Source of the DNA: an uncultured Rhodospirillaceae bacterium
GTDB taxonomy: Bacteria; Pseudomonadota; Alphaproteobacteria; UBA2966
DNA: 64,000 nucleotides
NCBI GenBank assembly: GCA_964528595.1
Contig: CAZGTM010000009.1
Span: forward strand, 2,363-66,362
Direction: 5' to 3'
The position numbers and the translations under genes are program-made. Numbering within the stretch: the first letter of the stretch is position 1; each line of letters starts with the position of its first letter. This document shows positions 16,344-26,428 of this stretch, piece by piece. Below the pieces are notes generated by a model. It was not told the origin of the DNA, did no database searches, and saw only the letters and a program-made list of their open reading frames with translations.

Positions 16344-17546
16344 ATGAGTGATCTGCCTGAACACCTCAGAACCGCACGGCTGTTCATCGTCGACGACAAT
16401 CCGGCCAATGTTTCGATCATGGAGAAGATGCTGCAGCGCGCCGGCTATGAAAATGTCGAGAGCACGACGGACTCACGTCAGGCCAAAGGCATGTATGAGG
16501 CGGCCCGGCACGACTTGGTTTTGCTCGATATCCGCATGCCGTTTGTCGACGGTTTCGAAGTCATGGCGCAGTTCAAGGAAATTACCGGAGACGACTACGT
16601 GCCCGTGTTGGTGCTGACCGCTCAAACCGACATGGACACGCGGGTCAAGGCGCTGGCCGCGGGCGCCAAGGATTTTCTCAACAAACCGGTGGATCATTCG
16701 GAAGCCCTGATGCGGGTGCGCAATATGCTGGAAGTGCGTTTGCTGCACAAACAGGTCAAGGAGCAGAACCAAATCCTGGAAGAAAAAATATCCGAGCGCA
16801 CGAGGGAGCTGCAGAGCGCCATGGAAATGGCTGAGGCGGGCAGCCGGGCGAAGTCGGAATTTCTGGCGATTATCGGCCATGAACTGCGGACACCGCTCAA
16901 CGCCATCATCGGATTCTCGGATGTCATCCGGACTGAAACCTCAGGACCGGTGAACGATCAATATAAAAGCTATCTCGGCGAAATTCATGACAGCGCACAA
17001 AGCTTACTCGCGGTGATCAACGATATTCTCGACATCGCCAATGCCGGGGAGGGACGGCACAATCCGCGCGATCACTGGCTCGACGTCGGTGACACGCTGG
17101 ATGGCGTTGTTCGCCTGTATGAGGAGCGGGCCCGCGAAAAAGGGATCGAAATGGCTTACGTCCGGCCGTCGGAGTGTCCGCGTTTGCTGGCCGATCCCGC
17201 GATGTTCAAGCGCATCGTCGGCAATCTGCTGTCCAATGCCGTGAAATTCTCGGACTCTGGTGTCGTGGGCGTGCGGGCGGAGTGCAATGACGATGGCGGC
17301 CTCGATATCATTATTACCGATCAGGGCAGAGGTATCTCACCCGAGCATATTCGCCAGATCATGATGCCGTTCGGTCAGACGGATACTGGCTTGGACCGCA
17401 GCAACGTCGGTGTCGGTCTTGGGCTTTCGATCGCCAATGCGCTCGTCGAACTGCACGGCGGCGCATTATCCGTCGAGGGCAGGACAGGGGTCGGTTCGAC
17501 CATTAAGGTTTCCTTTCCCGCCAGCCGGATCGAGCGCGAGGCTTGA
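16344..17546 (+). CDS. hybrid signalling protein: N-terminal receiver + HisKA + HATPase_c
   Basis: 400 aa. REC (..ARLFIVDDNPANV..DLVLLDIRMPFVDGFEV..KPV..), coiled-coil linker, H-box IGHELRTPLNAIIGFSD, ATPase boxes LSNAVKFS, DQGRGI, GVGLGL. Confidence 0.9.
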   Translation: MSDLPEHLRTARLFIVDDNPANVSIMEKMLQRAGYENVESTTDSRQAKGMYEAARHDLVLLDIRMPFVDGFEVMAQFKEITGDDYVPVLVLTAQTDMDTRVKALAAGAKDFLNKPVDHSEALMRVRNMLEVRLLHKQVKEQNQILEEKISERTRELQSAMEMAEAGSRAKSEFLAIIGHELRTPLNAIIGFSDVIRTETSGPVNDQYKSYLGEIHDSAQSLLAVINDILDIANAGEGRHNPRDHWLDVGDTLDGVVRLYEERAREKGIEMAYVRPSECPRLLADPAMFKRIVGNLLSNAVKFSDSGVVGVRAECNDDGGLDIIITDQGRGISPEHIRQIMMPFGQTDTGLDRSNVGVGLGLSIANALVELHGGALSVEGRTGVGSTIKVSFPASRIEREA

Positions 17547-17663
17547 GGCGTTCCAGATCAACAGAGCTTGTTTTGACTTTCTTACCCGGATTGGCGAAAT
17601 TCGAGATAGACTCCCAAGCGTCGAGGACAGCACGGTTTTGAGGTGATTACGTTGAACGATGTG

Positions 17664-18143
17664 ATGCGAAGAACGGCCGGTCGGGTCTGCCTTGCCGCCG
17701 TCTGCCTGTTCGCCGGCTGGATGTTGGGCATGGGCCCGGCAGCCGCGCAGAATACGCCGCCGCCGGCCGGTGCGCCGCCCAAGGGCGACGTCGTGATGGA
17801 GTCGATGTCCCAGCCCATCGTCAGAGGCAAAAAAATCACGGGCTACGAGCACGCAACGGTCATCCTGTGGCTCACCACACGCGATCACGCAAATCTGGTC
17901 TGTCAAAACCGCTATTCCCTAGCCGACTCCTTTCTGGTCGACCTGCACGACCATCCGATACCGAGCCGCAACAAGAAAGAGGCGCGGGGTGAGGCCGAGG
18001 AACGTCTCTATGAAATCGCCGTCGAAACCTTCGGCCCGCGCGTGGTCAAACGGCTGAAGGTCGAATGGGCCCGTAATCAGACAGGGGGTAAAACCACGAT
18101 TTTCGGAACGTTCACGGACGTTCAGTGCGAGGCCACAGAGTAG
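17664..18143 (+). CDS. secreted hypothetical protein
   Basis: ATG 17664 inside track ORF 17643..18143. Signal peptide MRRTAGRVCLAAVCLFAGWMLGMGPAAA followed by a Pro-rich linker. No family recognised. Confidence 0.55.
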   Translation: MRRTAGRVCLAAVCLFAGWMLGMGPAAAQNTPPPAGAPPKGDVVMESMSQPIVRGKKITGYEHATVILWLTTRDHANLVCQNRYSLADSFLVDLHDHPIPSRNKKEARGEAEERLYEIAVETFGPRVVKRLKVEWARNQTGGKTTIFGTFTDVQCEATE

Positions 18144-18149
18144 TCGGGA

Positions 18150-19169
18150 TTAGAACCGCGCGGCGGTATCGGTCAGCACTTTCGAGAACACTTCCGGATC
18201 GGCATTGCCGCCGGAGGTGACCACCACCAGGGTCTTGCCGGCCACTTCCATGCGTCCCGCCAGAACGGCCGCCAGGGCCACCGCGCCGCCGGGTTCGACA
18301 ACGATCTTAAGGTCGCGAAAGGCCGTCGCCATGGCGTAGGCGACTTCCCCGTCACTGACCGAAAAACCGCCTGCCAGCCGGGTGCGGTTGACCGAAAAGG
18401 TCATCTCGCCCGGGATCGGCGCCAGCAAGGCGTCGCAGAAGCTCGATGCGCCGTCTTCGTTGGCCGTCCGTTCCCCCGCCTGAAGGGAGCGCCGGTGATC
18501 GTCGAAGCCGTCGGGCTCGCAGGAGTAGACCTCCGTATCCGGCATTTCGGCTTCCAGGGCCAGGGAAGTACCGGCGATCAGGCCGCCGCCGCCGGCCGGC
18601 GTCAGCACGGCGTCGGGCACGATATTGCGTTCCCGGCACTGCTGGGCGATCTCCAAACCGACGGTGCCTTGGCCGGCGATCACCCAGGGATCGTCATACG
18701 GCCGTACCAGGTAGGCGCCGGTTTCCGCCGCCAGCGCGGAGCCGATGGACTCGCGGCTTTCGCCGTCGCGGTCATAGAGCCGGACCTCGGCGCCGTAGGC
18801 GCGCGTGTTGGCGACCTTCAGCGTTGGGGCGTCCGCCGGCATGATGATGGTAGCGGGGGTACCCAGGATTTCCGCCGCCGAGGCGACGCCCTGGGCGTGG
18901 TTGCCGGATGAGAACGCGACAACGCCCGAGCGGCGCTGTTCGCCCGTCAACTGGCTGACATGATTGAATGCGCCGCGAAATTTGAAGGATCCGGTGCGCT
19001 GAAGCACCTCGGGCTTGACCAGGAGGCGGCAGCCCAGGCGGGCGTTCAGCAGCGGTGATTCCAAAAGCGGCGTGCGCACCGCCAGTCCCTCGAGGCGTTT
19101 AGCAGCGGCGCGGACGTCTTCGATGGTCGGGATGGGACCGACCGCGTTAGAGCTTTGCAACGAACTCAT
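18150..19169 (-). CDS. PLP-dependent serine/threonine dehydratase family enzyme (catabolic/threo-3-hydroxyaspartate ammonia-lyase-like, no regulatory domain)
   Basis: 339 aa. PLP-lysine motif TGSFKFRGA, FSSGNHAQG, and glycine loop PAGGGGLIAG. Confidence 0.85.
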   Translation of the reverse strand: MSSLQSSNAVGPIPTIEDVRAAAKRLEGLAVRTPLLESPLLNARLGCRLLVKPEVLQRTGSFKFRGAFNHVSQLTGEQRRSGVVAFSSGNHAQGVASAAEILGTPATIIMPADAPTLKVANTRAYGAEVRLYDRDGESRESIGSALAAETGAYLVRPYDDPWVIAGQGTVGLEIAQQCRERNIVPDAVLTPAGGGGLIAGTSLALEAEMPDTEVYSCEPDGFDDHRRSLQAGERTANEDGASSFCDALLAPIPGEMTFSVNRTRLAGGFSVSDGEVAYAMATAFRDLKIVVEPGGAVALAAVLAGRMEVAGKTLVVVTSGGNADPEVFSKVLTDTAARF

Positions 19170-20013
19170 CTATAGCCTCAATACATTCAGGCTCATCGAG
19201 CAAGGGGACGTGCCCGCGGTTTTCGACCGAGACACGCCGAAGATCCGGTTTGGCTTCGGCCATGCGGTCAAACACGTCGGTGCTCAGTATATCCGAAATC
19301 GCGCCGCGGATGGCGAGTGTCGGAATTTTTTCGAGCGCGGCGAAATAAGGCCACATATCTTCCGGCGGTCCAGCCGCCGCCATGGCCTTGCCGAGGTTCA
19401 GGTCGTAATCGAGATGCAGTTCGCCGGCGCTGTTTTCCCGATAGGTACGGCACGCCATTTCCATCCAGCCCGCTTCATCGAGACCCGGGTAGGCGACGCT
19501 GTACGCGTGCATTAATTGGCGGGCCGCCTCGTCCCAAGAGGCCGGGGTGACCGGCGTTCCGACATAACCGGCGATACGGGCCAGGCCTTCGGGGTCGATC
19601 TCCGGGCCGACGTCGTTGAGGATGACGCCGGCCAAGGCGGTTGCCCTGACCACCGCCAGGCCCATGGCCAAGAGACCACCGAACGAGGTGCCGACGATGA
19701 TCACGCGGTGGATGTTGAGCGACGTGAGGAGGGCTTCGACATCGCCGACGTGGACTTCCGCCCGATAGTTCCGCCACGCCGGATCATAGGCCGAGCGGCC
19801 CCGGCCGCGGTAATCCGCAGCGATTACGCGGCGTTGCCGGCCCGCCAGATGAACCGCCAGATCGTGAAAGTCCGAGGCGTTCCGCGTCAGACCGGCAAGG
19901 CACAGGACGGGTGTGGCGGGCCAAATCGGATCGCCGTAATCCCTGTAGCACAACGCCAATCCGTCATCCGCCGAGTATGATCGCTCGCGGTAGCCCGGAC
20001 CGTCCTCCGCCAT
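19147..20013 (-). CDS. alpha/beta-fold hydrolase
   Basis: 288 aa. HG-type oxyanion region (..VLCLAGLTRN..), nucleophile elbow GTSFGG, and a C-terminal His (..NRGHVPLLDEP..). Confidence 0.8.
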   Translation of the reverse strand: MAEDGPGYRERSYSADDGLALCYRDYGDPIWPATPVLCLAGLTRNASDFHDLAVHLAGRQRRVIAADYRGRGRSAYDPAWRNYRAEVHVGDVEALLTSLNIHRVIIVGTSFGGLLAMGLAVVRATALAGVILNDVGPEIDPEGLARIAGYVGTPVTPASWDEAARQLMHAYSVAYPGLDEAGWMEMACRTYRENSAGELHLDYDLNLGKAMAAAGPPEDMWPYFAALEKIPTLAIRGAISDILSTDVFDRMAEAKPDLRRVSVENRGHVPLLDEPECIEAIDEFVAKL

Positions 20014-20699
20014 TAAACGGCCCCCACGATGGCAGGCAGATGGCTCAGGCTGTCAACTTCGATGTCGGGTTGATCGGGCAGGCGCTCCCTGGCCTGGCCG
20101 AAACGGTTGACCCAAACGACGCGAAAGCCGAACGTCGCCGCCGCCGCCGCGTCCCAGGCATTGGACGACTGGAACGAGACGGCCGTCGGCGCGATGCCGA
20201 AATGATCGACGGCCATTTGGTAAACCGAGGGATCCGGTTTGTAGATGCCGACATCCTCGACCGAGAGCACGGCATCCAGCACGCCCGCGATTCCTGCGTT
20301 TTCGACCGCCGAATTCAGCATCTCGGGCGAGCCGTTCGAGAGGATGGCGGTCTTGAACCCGCCGTCCTTCAGCGCCGTCAGGACGTCCTTCACCTCGGCG
20401 TAGGCATCCAGGCTCATGTAGAGGTCGAGCAGCCGGGCTCTGAGGTCCTCGTCCGCGAGGCCGACCGTATCCATGGCATAGTCCAGGGCGTCCGTCGTGA
20501 CCTGCCAGAAAGGCGTGTGGCGCTGCATCAGCGAGCGCAGCCAAGTGTATTGCAATTGCTTGGTTCGCCACACCTCGGCCAGCGGCTGCCACTTGTCGCC
20601 CAACTCGTCGGCGCAGTGGGCGGCGGCGGCATTGACATCGAACAGCGTGCCGTAGGCATCGAAAACGCAGGCCGTAATGTTCTCAAGTTTGTCGGTCAT
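20013..20699 (-). CDS. haloacid dehalogenase type II (L-2-haloacid dehalogenase-like)
   Basis: Nucleophile motif VFDAYGTLFD, then ..QYTWLRSLM.., ILSNG, YKPDP, SSNAWD. ATG 20699 (the track lists TTG 20702). The stop overlaps the next start by 1 nt. Confidence 0.85.
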   Translation of the reverse strand: MTDKLENITACVFDAYGTLFDVNAAAAHCADELGDKWQPLAEVWRTKQLQYTWLRSLMQRHTPFWQVTTDALDYAMDTVGLADEDLRARLLDLYMSLDAYAEVKDVLTALKDGGFKTAILSNGSPEMLNSAVENAGIAGVLDAVLSVEDVGIYKPDPSVYQMAVDHFGIAPTAVSFQSSNAWDAAAAATFGFRVVWVNRFGQARERLPDQPDIEVDSLSHLPAIVGAV

Positions 20700-20770
20700 C
20701 AATTTACTCCCCGGAATGCACAGGCGATCCTACTTGTGCAGCGTCCGAACGCAACACACGCGGACGTGAC

Positions 20771-22870
20771 CTATCTGTTGAGGTCTTCAAGCAGCGCAAG
20801 GCGAACGCGGCCGGTGCGGCCGGCCAGACGCTGGCGGTAAACCTGAACGCCTTCCATGACGCGCTGCACGTAGTTGCGCGTCTCGGTGAAGGGTATCGAT
20901 TCGACCCAGTTGACGACATTGACCTCCGCGTGGCGGGGATCGCCGAAATTGCGGATCCAGCGCCGCACCCTCGGCGTGCCAGCGTTGTAGGCGGCGATTG
21001 CCAGCACGTAGGAGCCTTTATAGATGTCCAGTAGCTCGGCCATGTAGGCAGTACCCAGCGTGACGTTGAAATCGGGATCCCGGGTAAGGCGCCGGCGCGA
21101 ATAGCGCATGCGCTTTTTGGCCGCGACCTTGCGGGCGGTGGCCGGCATGAGTTGCATCAGGCCGCGGGCGCCGGCATGGCTGATGGCCTCGGGATCGAAC
21201 TGACTCTCCTGGCGGATGATGGCGAACTGCAGGGCGCGCTCAACCTTCACATGGCCCGGCACGGTGACGATCGGGTAGTTTTCCCGGACCAGGGGAACGC
21301 CGACCCGGGCGGCCCGCTTGGCGCTGGCGACAGCCATGTCGCGGCGGCCGGATTTGCGCGCCAACGCCGCGATCAGGGCGTGTTCCTCGGGCGTCGTCGC
21401 GGCATCCGTAAGGGCACGGAAAAAGGGCCTAAGCCGATCGCGTTCGCGCAACTGGGCCAAAAGCATCACGGCCCGGACCAACTCACGCTTTTCGAACGTC
21501 CGCGATTCCGCCCAGGTCGGGCGGGCCTGTCTCGGCAGGGCGGGCGCCGTCGTCTCGCCGATCGCCAGGGTAGCGAGGTGACCATAGTAGGTGTTGGGGA
21601 AACGGGCGGCGTCGGCATACCAGGCCTGGGCTTCGGCCGTTTGTCCCAATTCGCCGGCGGCACGGGCCGCCCAATAGGCGCCCCGGGCAATACTCACGGG
21701 GAAGCGCACCATCTCATGCAGGCGTTTGAAGTGAACCAAGGCTGTTTCGGGGTCGGCCAATTGCGTCAAGGCGATCCAGCCGGCGAGGTTTTCCGCCTCG
21801 GCCGCGGCGCCGCGATCCGTCTGGCCGTGGTCGCGGGCAAGTTTGTAGGCCTCGCTCATATGCCCCTTACCCAGCAGCCGGCGCGCGATCATGTGTCGTT
21901 CCGCCCACCACTTCTTCGGCCGCGGCCCGATGTCCTCGATGGGAGGAGAAGGGGGCAACAGTAGCTCGGACGCTCGGATGGGGAAGTTCTTGCGCCGCCG
22001 CCAACGCACGCGCTCAAACACCAGCCCCGGATCGTCGCGCAAGGCGGCCGGGACGCGGGCGATGGCGCCATCCACCCCGCCGGCGAATTCCATCAGGGCG
22101 AGGCGCGCGTGCGCCAAGGCCCGCTGTCCGCCGTCGACACGGCGCATCATGCGCCGCGCACCGCGCCGCTGGCGGTCCCACAACAGGCGGTCAAGGCGTG
22201 CCGCATGGTCGGTGCGGGTTAATTTCTTGCGGTGGCGGCGGAGAAAGTTCCGTTCCTGGCGGCTGGGGAACCTGCCGCTGATCCAGGCTTCCCGCAGCAG
22301 CGCCAGGCCGGCCTTCTCCTCACCCTTCTTCAGCTTGATTTCCGCCAATCGCTGTTTGCCCGTTCCCGTCTGTGGTGGATATTTGGCGAACCAGGCGAGC
22401 ACGTCTTCGTCCGGCGTACGGCTCGAAATTGCGTGTTCGGCATTGCGCAACATGTCGTTTCGCCGGGGCCACTCGGGGTTCGCCTCGATAAATGCCGTGA
22501 GCGTCTCGAACGTGACGCCCGGCGCGGGCTGGCTGTAATGCAACCACAGCAGGATTTTTGCCGGCAGCGGATCGTCGGCTTTTGCGGCGAGGCGGTGGGC
22601 GGTCTTCCAGCGTTTCAGTTTGGCGGCGGCAAAGGCGGAGCGATAAAGCTTGTAATCCGAAGATCCAAGTTTTTCCTCAAGAAGGCGGGGCGGCTTGCGT
22701 TTCGGCAGCGGCGGGCCGGTCCGCTTGGTGGCCGCGGACGCTTCGCTTCCCGTCGCCATATCCAGCGCCGCCGCGGGCAAGGCAAACGTCAACGAGCCGA
22801 GCAGGACGGCCGCCGCCAATTGCGATGTCGGGAATCTATCGAGCCTCAAAATGCCGTACGTCCTCGCCAA
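20771..22870 (-). CDS. slt: soluble lytic murein transglycosylase (Slt70-like)
   Basis: 699 aa. Signal peptide, long helical N-terminal region, and C-terminal GH23 SLT domain ..AIIRQESQFDPEAISHAGARGLMQLMP...AYNAG... Start codon (TTG) is uncertain. Confidence 0.88.
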   Translation of the reverse strand: MARTYGILRLDRFPTSQLAAAVLLGSLTFALPAAALDMATGSEASAATKRTGPPLPKRKPPRLLEEKLGSSDYKLYRSAFAAAKLKRWKTAHRLAAKADDPLPAKILLWLHYSQPAPGVTFETLTAFIEANPEWPRRNDMLRNAEHAISSRTPDEDVLAWFAKYPPQTGTGKQRLAEIKLKKGEEKAGLALLREAWISGRFPSRQERNFLRRHRKKLTRTDHAARLDRLLWDRQRRGARRMMRRVDGGQRALAHARLALMEFAGGVDGAIARVPAALRDDPGLVFERVRWRRRKNFPIRASELLLPPSPPIEDIGPRPKKWWAERHMIARRLLGKGHMSEAYKLARDHGQTDRGAAAEAENLAGWIALTQLADPETALVHFKRLHEMVRFPVSIARGAYWAARAAGELGQTAEAQAWYADAARFPNTYYGHLATLAIGETTAPALPRQARPTWAESRTFEKRELVRAVMLLAQLRERDRLRPFFRALTDAATTPEEHALIAALARKSGRRDMAVASAKRAARVGVPLVRENYPIVTVPGHVKVERALQFAIIRQESQFDPEAISHAGARGLMQLMPATARKVAAKKRMRYSRRRLTRDPDFNVTLGTAYMAELLDIYKGSYVLAIAAYNAGTPRVRRWIRNFGDPRHAEVNVVNWVESIPFTETRNYVQRVMEGVQVYRQRLAGRTGRVRLALLEDLNR

Positions 22871-22957
22871 TAAGGGCTATAGTTTATGTCATGTGCTTGC
22901 CGCGACGCCATATCGTCGCTATTTTGCACGAAATTTCCAGACTTAGGGGAAGCAGCT

Positions 22958-23833
22958 ATGTTTTCTGGTTCAATTCCGGCGCTAATCACGCCGTTCCGCG
23001 ACGGCGCCGTCGACGAGGAAGCCTTCCAGGCTTTTGTCGAATGGCAGATCGAGGAAGGCAGTCACGGTTTGGTGCCCTGCGGCACCACGGGCGAATCTCC
23101 GACGTTGAGCCACGATGAACACAAACGCGTGGTGGAACTCTGCATCGAGGCGGCGGCGGGCCGGGTGCCGGTGATCGCCGGCGCCGGTTCGAACAGCACG
23201 GCCGAAGCCGTGGAGCTGTCACAGCACGCCGAGCAGGCCGGCGCGGACGCCGTGCTGATCGTCACGCCCTATTACAACAAGCCGACCCAGGAAGGCCTTT
23301 ATCAGCATTACAAGGCCATCAACGATGCGATCAACATTCCGATCATCATCTACAACATTCCTGGCCGCTCGGTGGTCAATATGACGACCAAGACCATGGC
23401 GGAGCTGGCTGAATTGCCGAACATCGTCGGCGTCAAGGACTCAACGGGCGCGCCCGACCGCGTCAGCGCCATGCGCATGCTGTTGGGCTCCGATTTTTGT
23501 CAGCTTTCCGGCGAGGACGCCATCGCGCTGTCGATCCGGGCGCACGGCGGCGACGGCTGCATTTCCGTCACGGCGAACGCCGCACCCCGGGCCTGCGCCG
23601 AATTCCAGAACGCCTGCAGCGCCAGCGATTTCTCCGCTGCTTTGGAATACCAGGACCGCTTGCTGCCGTTGCACATCGCCTTGTTCGCCGAAACCAGCCC
23701 GAGCCCGGTGAAATACGCCGTCAGCCTATTGGGCCGCGCTACTGCGGAAGTCCGCCTGCCCATGGTCGAAATCGAGGACGGCACCAAGCAGCAGGTCAAA
23801 GTGGCGATGCAGTCGGTCGGCCTGCTGAACTAG
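22958..23833 (+). CDS. dapA: 4-hydroxy-tetrahydrodipicolinate synthase
   Basis: ATG 22958 inside track ORF 22886..23833. [13 protein letters not shown].., [26 protein letters not shown] (Schiff-base Lys). Confidence 0.95.
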   Translation: MFSGSIPALITPFRDGAVDEEAFQAFVEWQIEEGSHGLVPCGTTGESPTLSHDEHKRVVELCIEAAAGRVPVIAGAGSNSTAEAVELSQHAEQAGADAVLIVTPYYNKPTQEGLYQHYKAINDAINIPIIIYNIPGRSVVNMTTKTMAELAELPNIVGVKDSTGAPDRVSAMRMLLGSDFCQLSGEDAIALSIRAHGGDGCISVTANAAPRACAEFQNACSASDFSAALEYQDRLLPLHIALFAETSPSPVKYAVSLLGRATAEVRLPMVEIEDGTKQQVKVAMQSVGLLN

Positions 23834-23860
23834 GCATGGCTCGGGTGCGGCAGCAGGACG

Positions 23861-24337
23861 ATGGCTAAGAAAAAGCGCGACGGCGCATCACGCGCCGTCG
23901 CGGTCAACCGCAAGGCGCGCCACAACTACTTCATCGAGGACACCATCGAGGCCGGCATCGTGCTCAACGGGCCCGAGGTCAAATCGCTGCGCGCCGGCCA
24001 CGCCTCCATCGGCGAGGCCTTCGCGGGCGAGAAGGACGGTGAGTTTTATTTGATGAACGCCCACATCACGCCTTACGGCGCCGCCAGCTACAACAACGAA
24101 GACCCAGCCCGGGCGCGCAAGTTGCTGTTGCACAAGCGCGAGATGGACCGCTTTATCGGCCAGCAGCGCCGCGCCGGCATTACCATTGTGCCGCTGTCGC
24201 TCTACTTCAATGACCGGGGCATCGCCAAGGTTGAGCTGGGCATCGCCAAGGGCAAGCGCCAGCACGACAAGCGGGCCACCGAAAAAGACCGCGACTGGGG
24301 CCGTGAAAAGGCGCGCCTGCTGCGCGACAAGGGCTGA
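23861..24337 (+). CDS. smpB: SsrA-binding protein
   Basis: 158 aa. ..NRKARHNYFIEDTIEAGIVLNGPEVKSLR.. and the basic C-terminal tail are typical of SmpB. Confidence 0.95.
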   Translation: MAKKKRDGASRAVAVNRKARHNYFIEDTIEAGIVLNGPEVKSLRAGHASIGEAFAGEKDGEFYLMNAHITPYGAASYNNEDPARARKLLLHKREMDRFIGQQRRAGITIVPLSLYFNDRGIAKVELGIAKGKRQHDKRATEKDRDWGREKARLLRDKG

Positions 24338-24412
24338 GGCGGTCGCGAAGTGTTGAATTGATCGGATATGGCGTACGGTCGATTTTAACGACTTGAAAAA
24401 ACCGGGGGAAAA

Positions 24413-25054
24413 ATGGCCGGCGGATTTTTAAGCAAACTGATCGCCACCAAGGAAAAGTGGGCGCGCGACAACCGCCAACCCGGCGGCCCCGGCGACGGCG
24501 GACGCCTGCCGCCCGGCCAACGGCTGGTCGACGGCTGGCCGGTGCTCGATCTCGGCGTTCAGCCCTACGTTTCGGAGACGAACTGGACGCTGACGGTGGA
24601 CGGCGCCGTCGAGGCGCCGCTGGCCTGGAACTGGGAGGATTTCCTCGCCCAGCCGCAGGTCAGCATGGTCAGCGACATCCACTGCGTCACCGCCTGGTCG
24701 CGTTATGACAACCGCTGGGACGGTGTGGCGACCACGCACCTGCTTGAGGCGGTGAAACCGAAACCGGACGCCACCCATATCATCCAGCATTCCCACGACG
24801 GTTACACGACGAACGTGCCGCTGGAGGTCTTCGCGGCCAAGGACGCCATCCTGGCCCATAGCTGGGAGGGGCAGCCGCTGACCCGCGAGCACGGCGCGCC
24901 GATGCGCCTGGTGATCCCGGCGAAATATTTCTGGAAGTCTGCCAAATGGCTGAAACGTCTTGAATTCGTGGCTGCCGACCGCCCCGGTTTCTGGGAGGAA
25001 CGCGGCTATCACAACGACGGCGATCCCTGGAAGGAGGAACGCTACAGCTTCTAG
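24413..25054 (+). CDS. sulfite-oxidase-fold molybdopterin-binding oxidoreductase domain protein
   Basis: 213 aa. ..W.LTVDG.VE.PL.W.WEDF...P....VSDIHCVTAWS.. (Moco Cys) and ..GAPMRLVIPAKYFWKSAKWL... Confidence 0.75.
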   Translation: MAGGFLSKLIATKEKWARDNRQPGGPGDGGRLPPGQRLVDGWPVLDLGVQPYVSETNWTLTVDGAVEAPLAWNWEDFLAQPQVSMVSDIHCVTAWSRYDNRWDGVATTHLLEAVKPKPDATHIIQHSHDGYTTNVPLEVFAAKDAILAHSWEGQPLTREHGAPMRLVIPAKYFWKSAKWLKRLEFVAADRPGFWEERGYHNDGDPWKEERYSF

Positions 25055-25138
25055 CGCTCCCCGTTTCGGTTTGGTTCGCCCGCTTGGTCATAGGGTGGTT
25101 GGTGAGATAGGAAAAACAATAATCAGGGGGACTGAAAC

Positions 25139-26236
25139 ATGCGTACATTGAACCTGCTTGCCGCCGCCGTGATCGCCGGCGGCGCCGGACTGGCCGTCGC
25201 CGGCTCGGCCGCTGCGGCGGACCAACGCGAGACCGTCGAAATGTCCAAGGCCAAGGTGCCGATGCCGCCCTGGCCGGCGGGCGACGAGGTCGGCATGGCC
25301 AATACCCTGGGCGCGGGCACCTGGATGCGCTGCGCTTTGCACCTCACCAGCGCCGGCGCCAAGACCTACGAAGTCAGTCACGAACGGTCGAACACCATGC
25401 CCTTGTCTCCGTTTGGGGTGCCGCTGAAATACACCTACAGCGCCACCAAGGGCGTGCCATATTCGCTGCATGCCTGGAACGGCGAGATCGTGGCGAGCGG
25501 CGAACCCGGCGCGCAGGGCACGCAGATGGATGCGCTGGGCCACTTCGCCGTCATGGACAAGCTGTGGAAAGGCGAAGGCAAACCCGACGCCGCCAACGCC
25601 AAGTATTACGGCGGCTACATGCAGAAGGACGTCAAACCGGCCGACTCCTCGCCCTTAATGAAGCTCGGCATTGAAAACGTGCCGCCGATCATCACAAGCG
25701 CCGTGCTGCTGGATGCCAAGTCGCATCTGGGCGGCGGTCAGCCCATGAAGCCCGGCCAGCTCGTCACGGCCGCCGACATCGAAGCCATGCTGAAGGCCCA
25801 AGGCCTGGGCTGGCGCGGCCTGATGGCGGGCGACGTGCTCTACATCTACACGGGCTGGGGCGACAACTGGAAGGACCCGGACACCGAAAAGACCTACTAC
25901 ACGATGGGTCCGGGCCTGTCCTATGACGCGGCCCAGTACCTGAAGGGCAAAGCCGTGGTCCTGGTGGCGCTGGACAATCCCTTTACCGATCCGGTCAACA
26001 ACGGCCAGCTGATGGGTAAGGCGCCGCCGGCCGAGGGCACGCCGCAGGGCCTGCCGTTCGCCATTCACCACGAGAATCTGGCGGTCTCCGGCATTCACCA
26101 GATCCAGAACGCCAACCTCGGCGCGATGGCGCGGGACAAGGTCTGGACTTCCTGCACCATCATCCTGCCGTTGCGCTCGCGCGGCGGTTCGGGCTCGCCC
26201 GTGCGGCCCGTCGCTATCGGCGTGCCCGGTCAGTAG
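25139..26236 (+). CDS. secreted putative cyclase/kynurenine-formamidase-like family protein
   Basis: 365 aa with signal peptide MRTLNLLAAAVIAGGAGLAVAGSAAAA. ..GTQMDALGHF.. lies where the cyclase family has GTHxDAPxH (first His replaced by Gln). Confidence 0.55.
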   Translation: MRTLNLLAAAVIAGGAGLAVAGSAAAADQRETVEMSKAKVPMPPWPAGDEVGMANTLGAGTWMRCALHLTSAGAKTYEVSHERSNTMPLSPFGVPLKYTYSATKGVPYSLHAWNGEIVASGEPGAQGTQMDALGHFAVMDKLWKGEGKPDAANAKYYGGYMQKDVKPADSSPLMKLGIENVPPIITSAVLLDAKSHLGGGQPMKPGQLVTAADIEAMLKAQGLGWRGLMAGDVLYIYTGWGDNWKDPDTEKTYYTMGPGLSYDAAQYLKGKAVVLVALDNPFTDPVNNGQLMGKAPPAEGTPQGLPFAIHHENLAVSGIHQIQNANLGAMARDKVWTSCTIILPLRSRGGSGSPVRPVAIGVPGQ

Positions 26237-26261
26237 CGGGGACGCAAGCACCTGTTCACAT

Positions 26262-26288
26262 CCCCCGGCCGGGCGGACCGGCCGGGGG
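26262..26288 (+). terminator. GC-rich stem-loop downstream of the cyclase-like gene
   Basis: CCCCCGGCCGG-GCGGA-CCGGCCGGGGG, an 11-bp perfect stem 26 nt after the stop. There is no U-tract, so terminator function is uncertain. Confidence 0.35.
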
Positions 26289-26428
26289 ATGATCGATATG
26301 ACGGCGAAGCGGGTCCGCCTTTCCGCTATCCTTTTCTCCACTCGAATTATTTTTTCGCAACCCTGCATCCATATGGCCGCGGGGCGCATCTCTATGAATA
26401 ACAGTTACTCAATTCACAGGAGATCGAG

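Noticed and set aside
18150-19169. Second threonine-dehydratase-family gene, considered as a duplicate of ilvA (52793..54034)
   Set aside because: The two are different subfamilies: a 339-aa catalytic-only type versus a 413-aa type with an ACT-like regulatory domain. They are not a recent duplication.
19911-20840. 309-aa plus-strand ORF
   Set aside because: It is antisense to the haloacid dehalogenase gene and the end of slt. The HAD gene has all canonical motifs.
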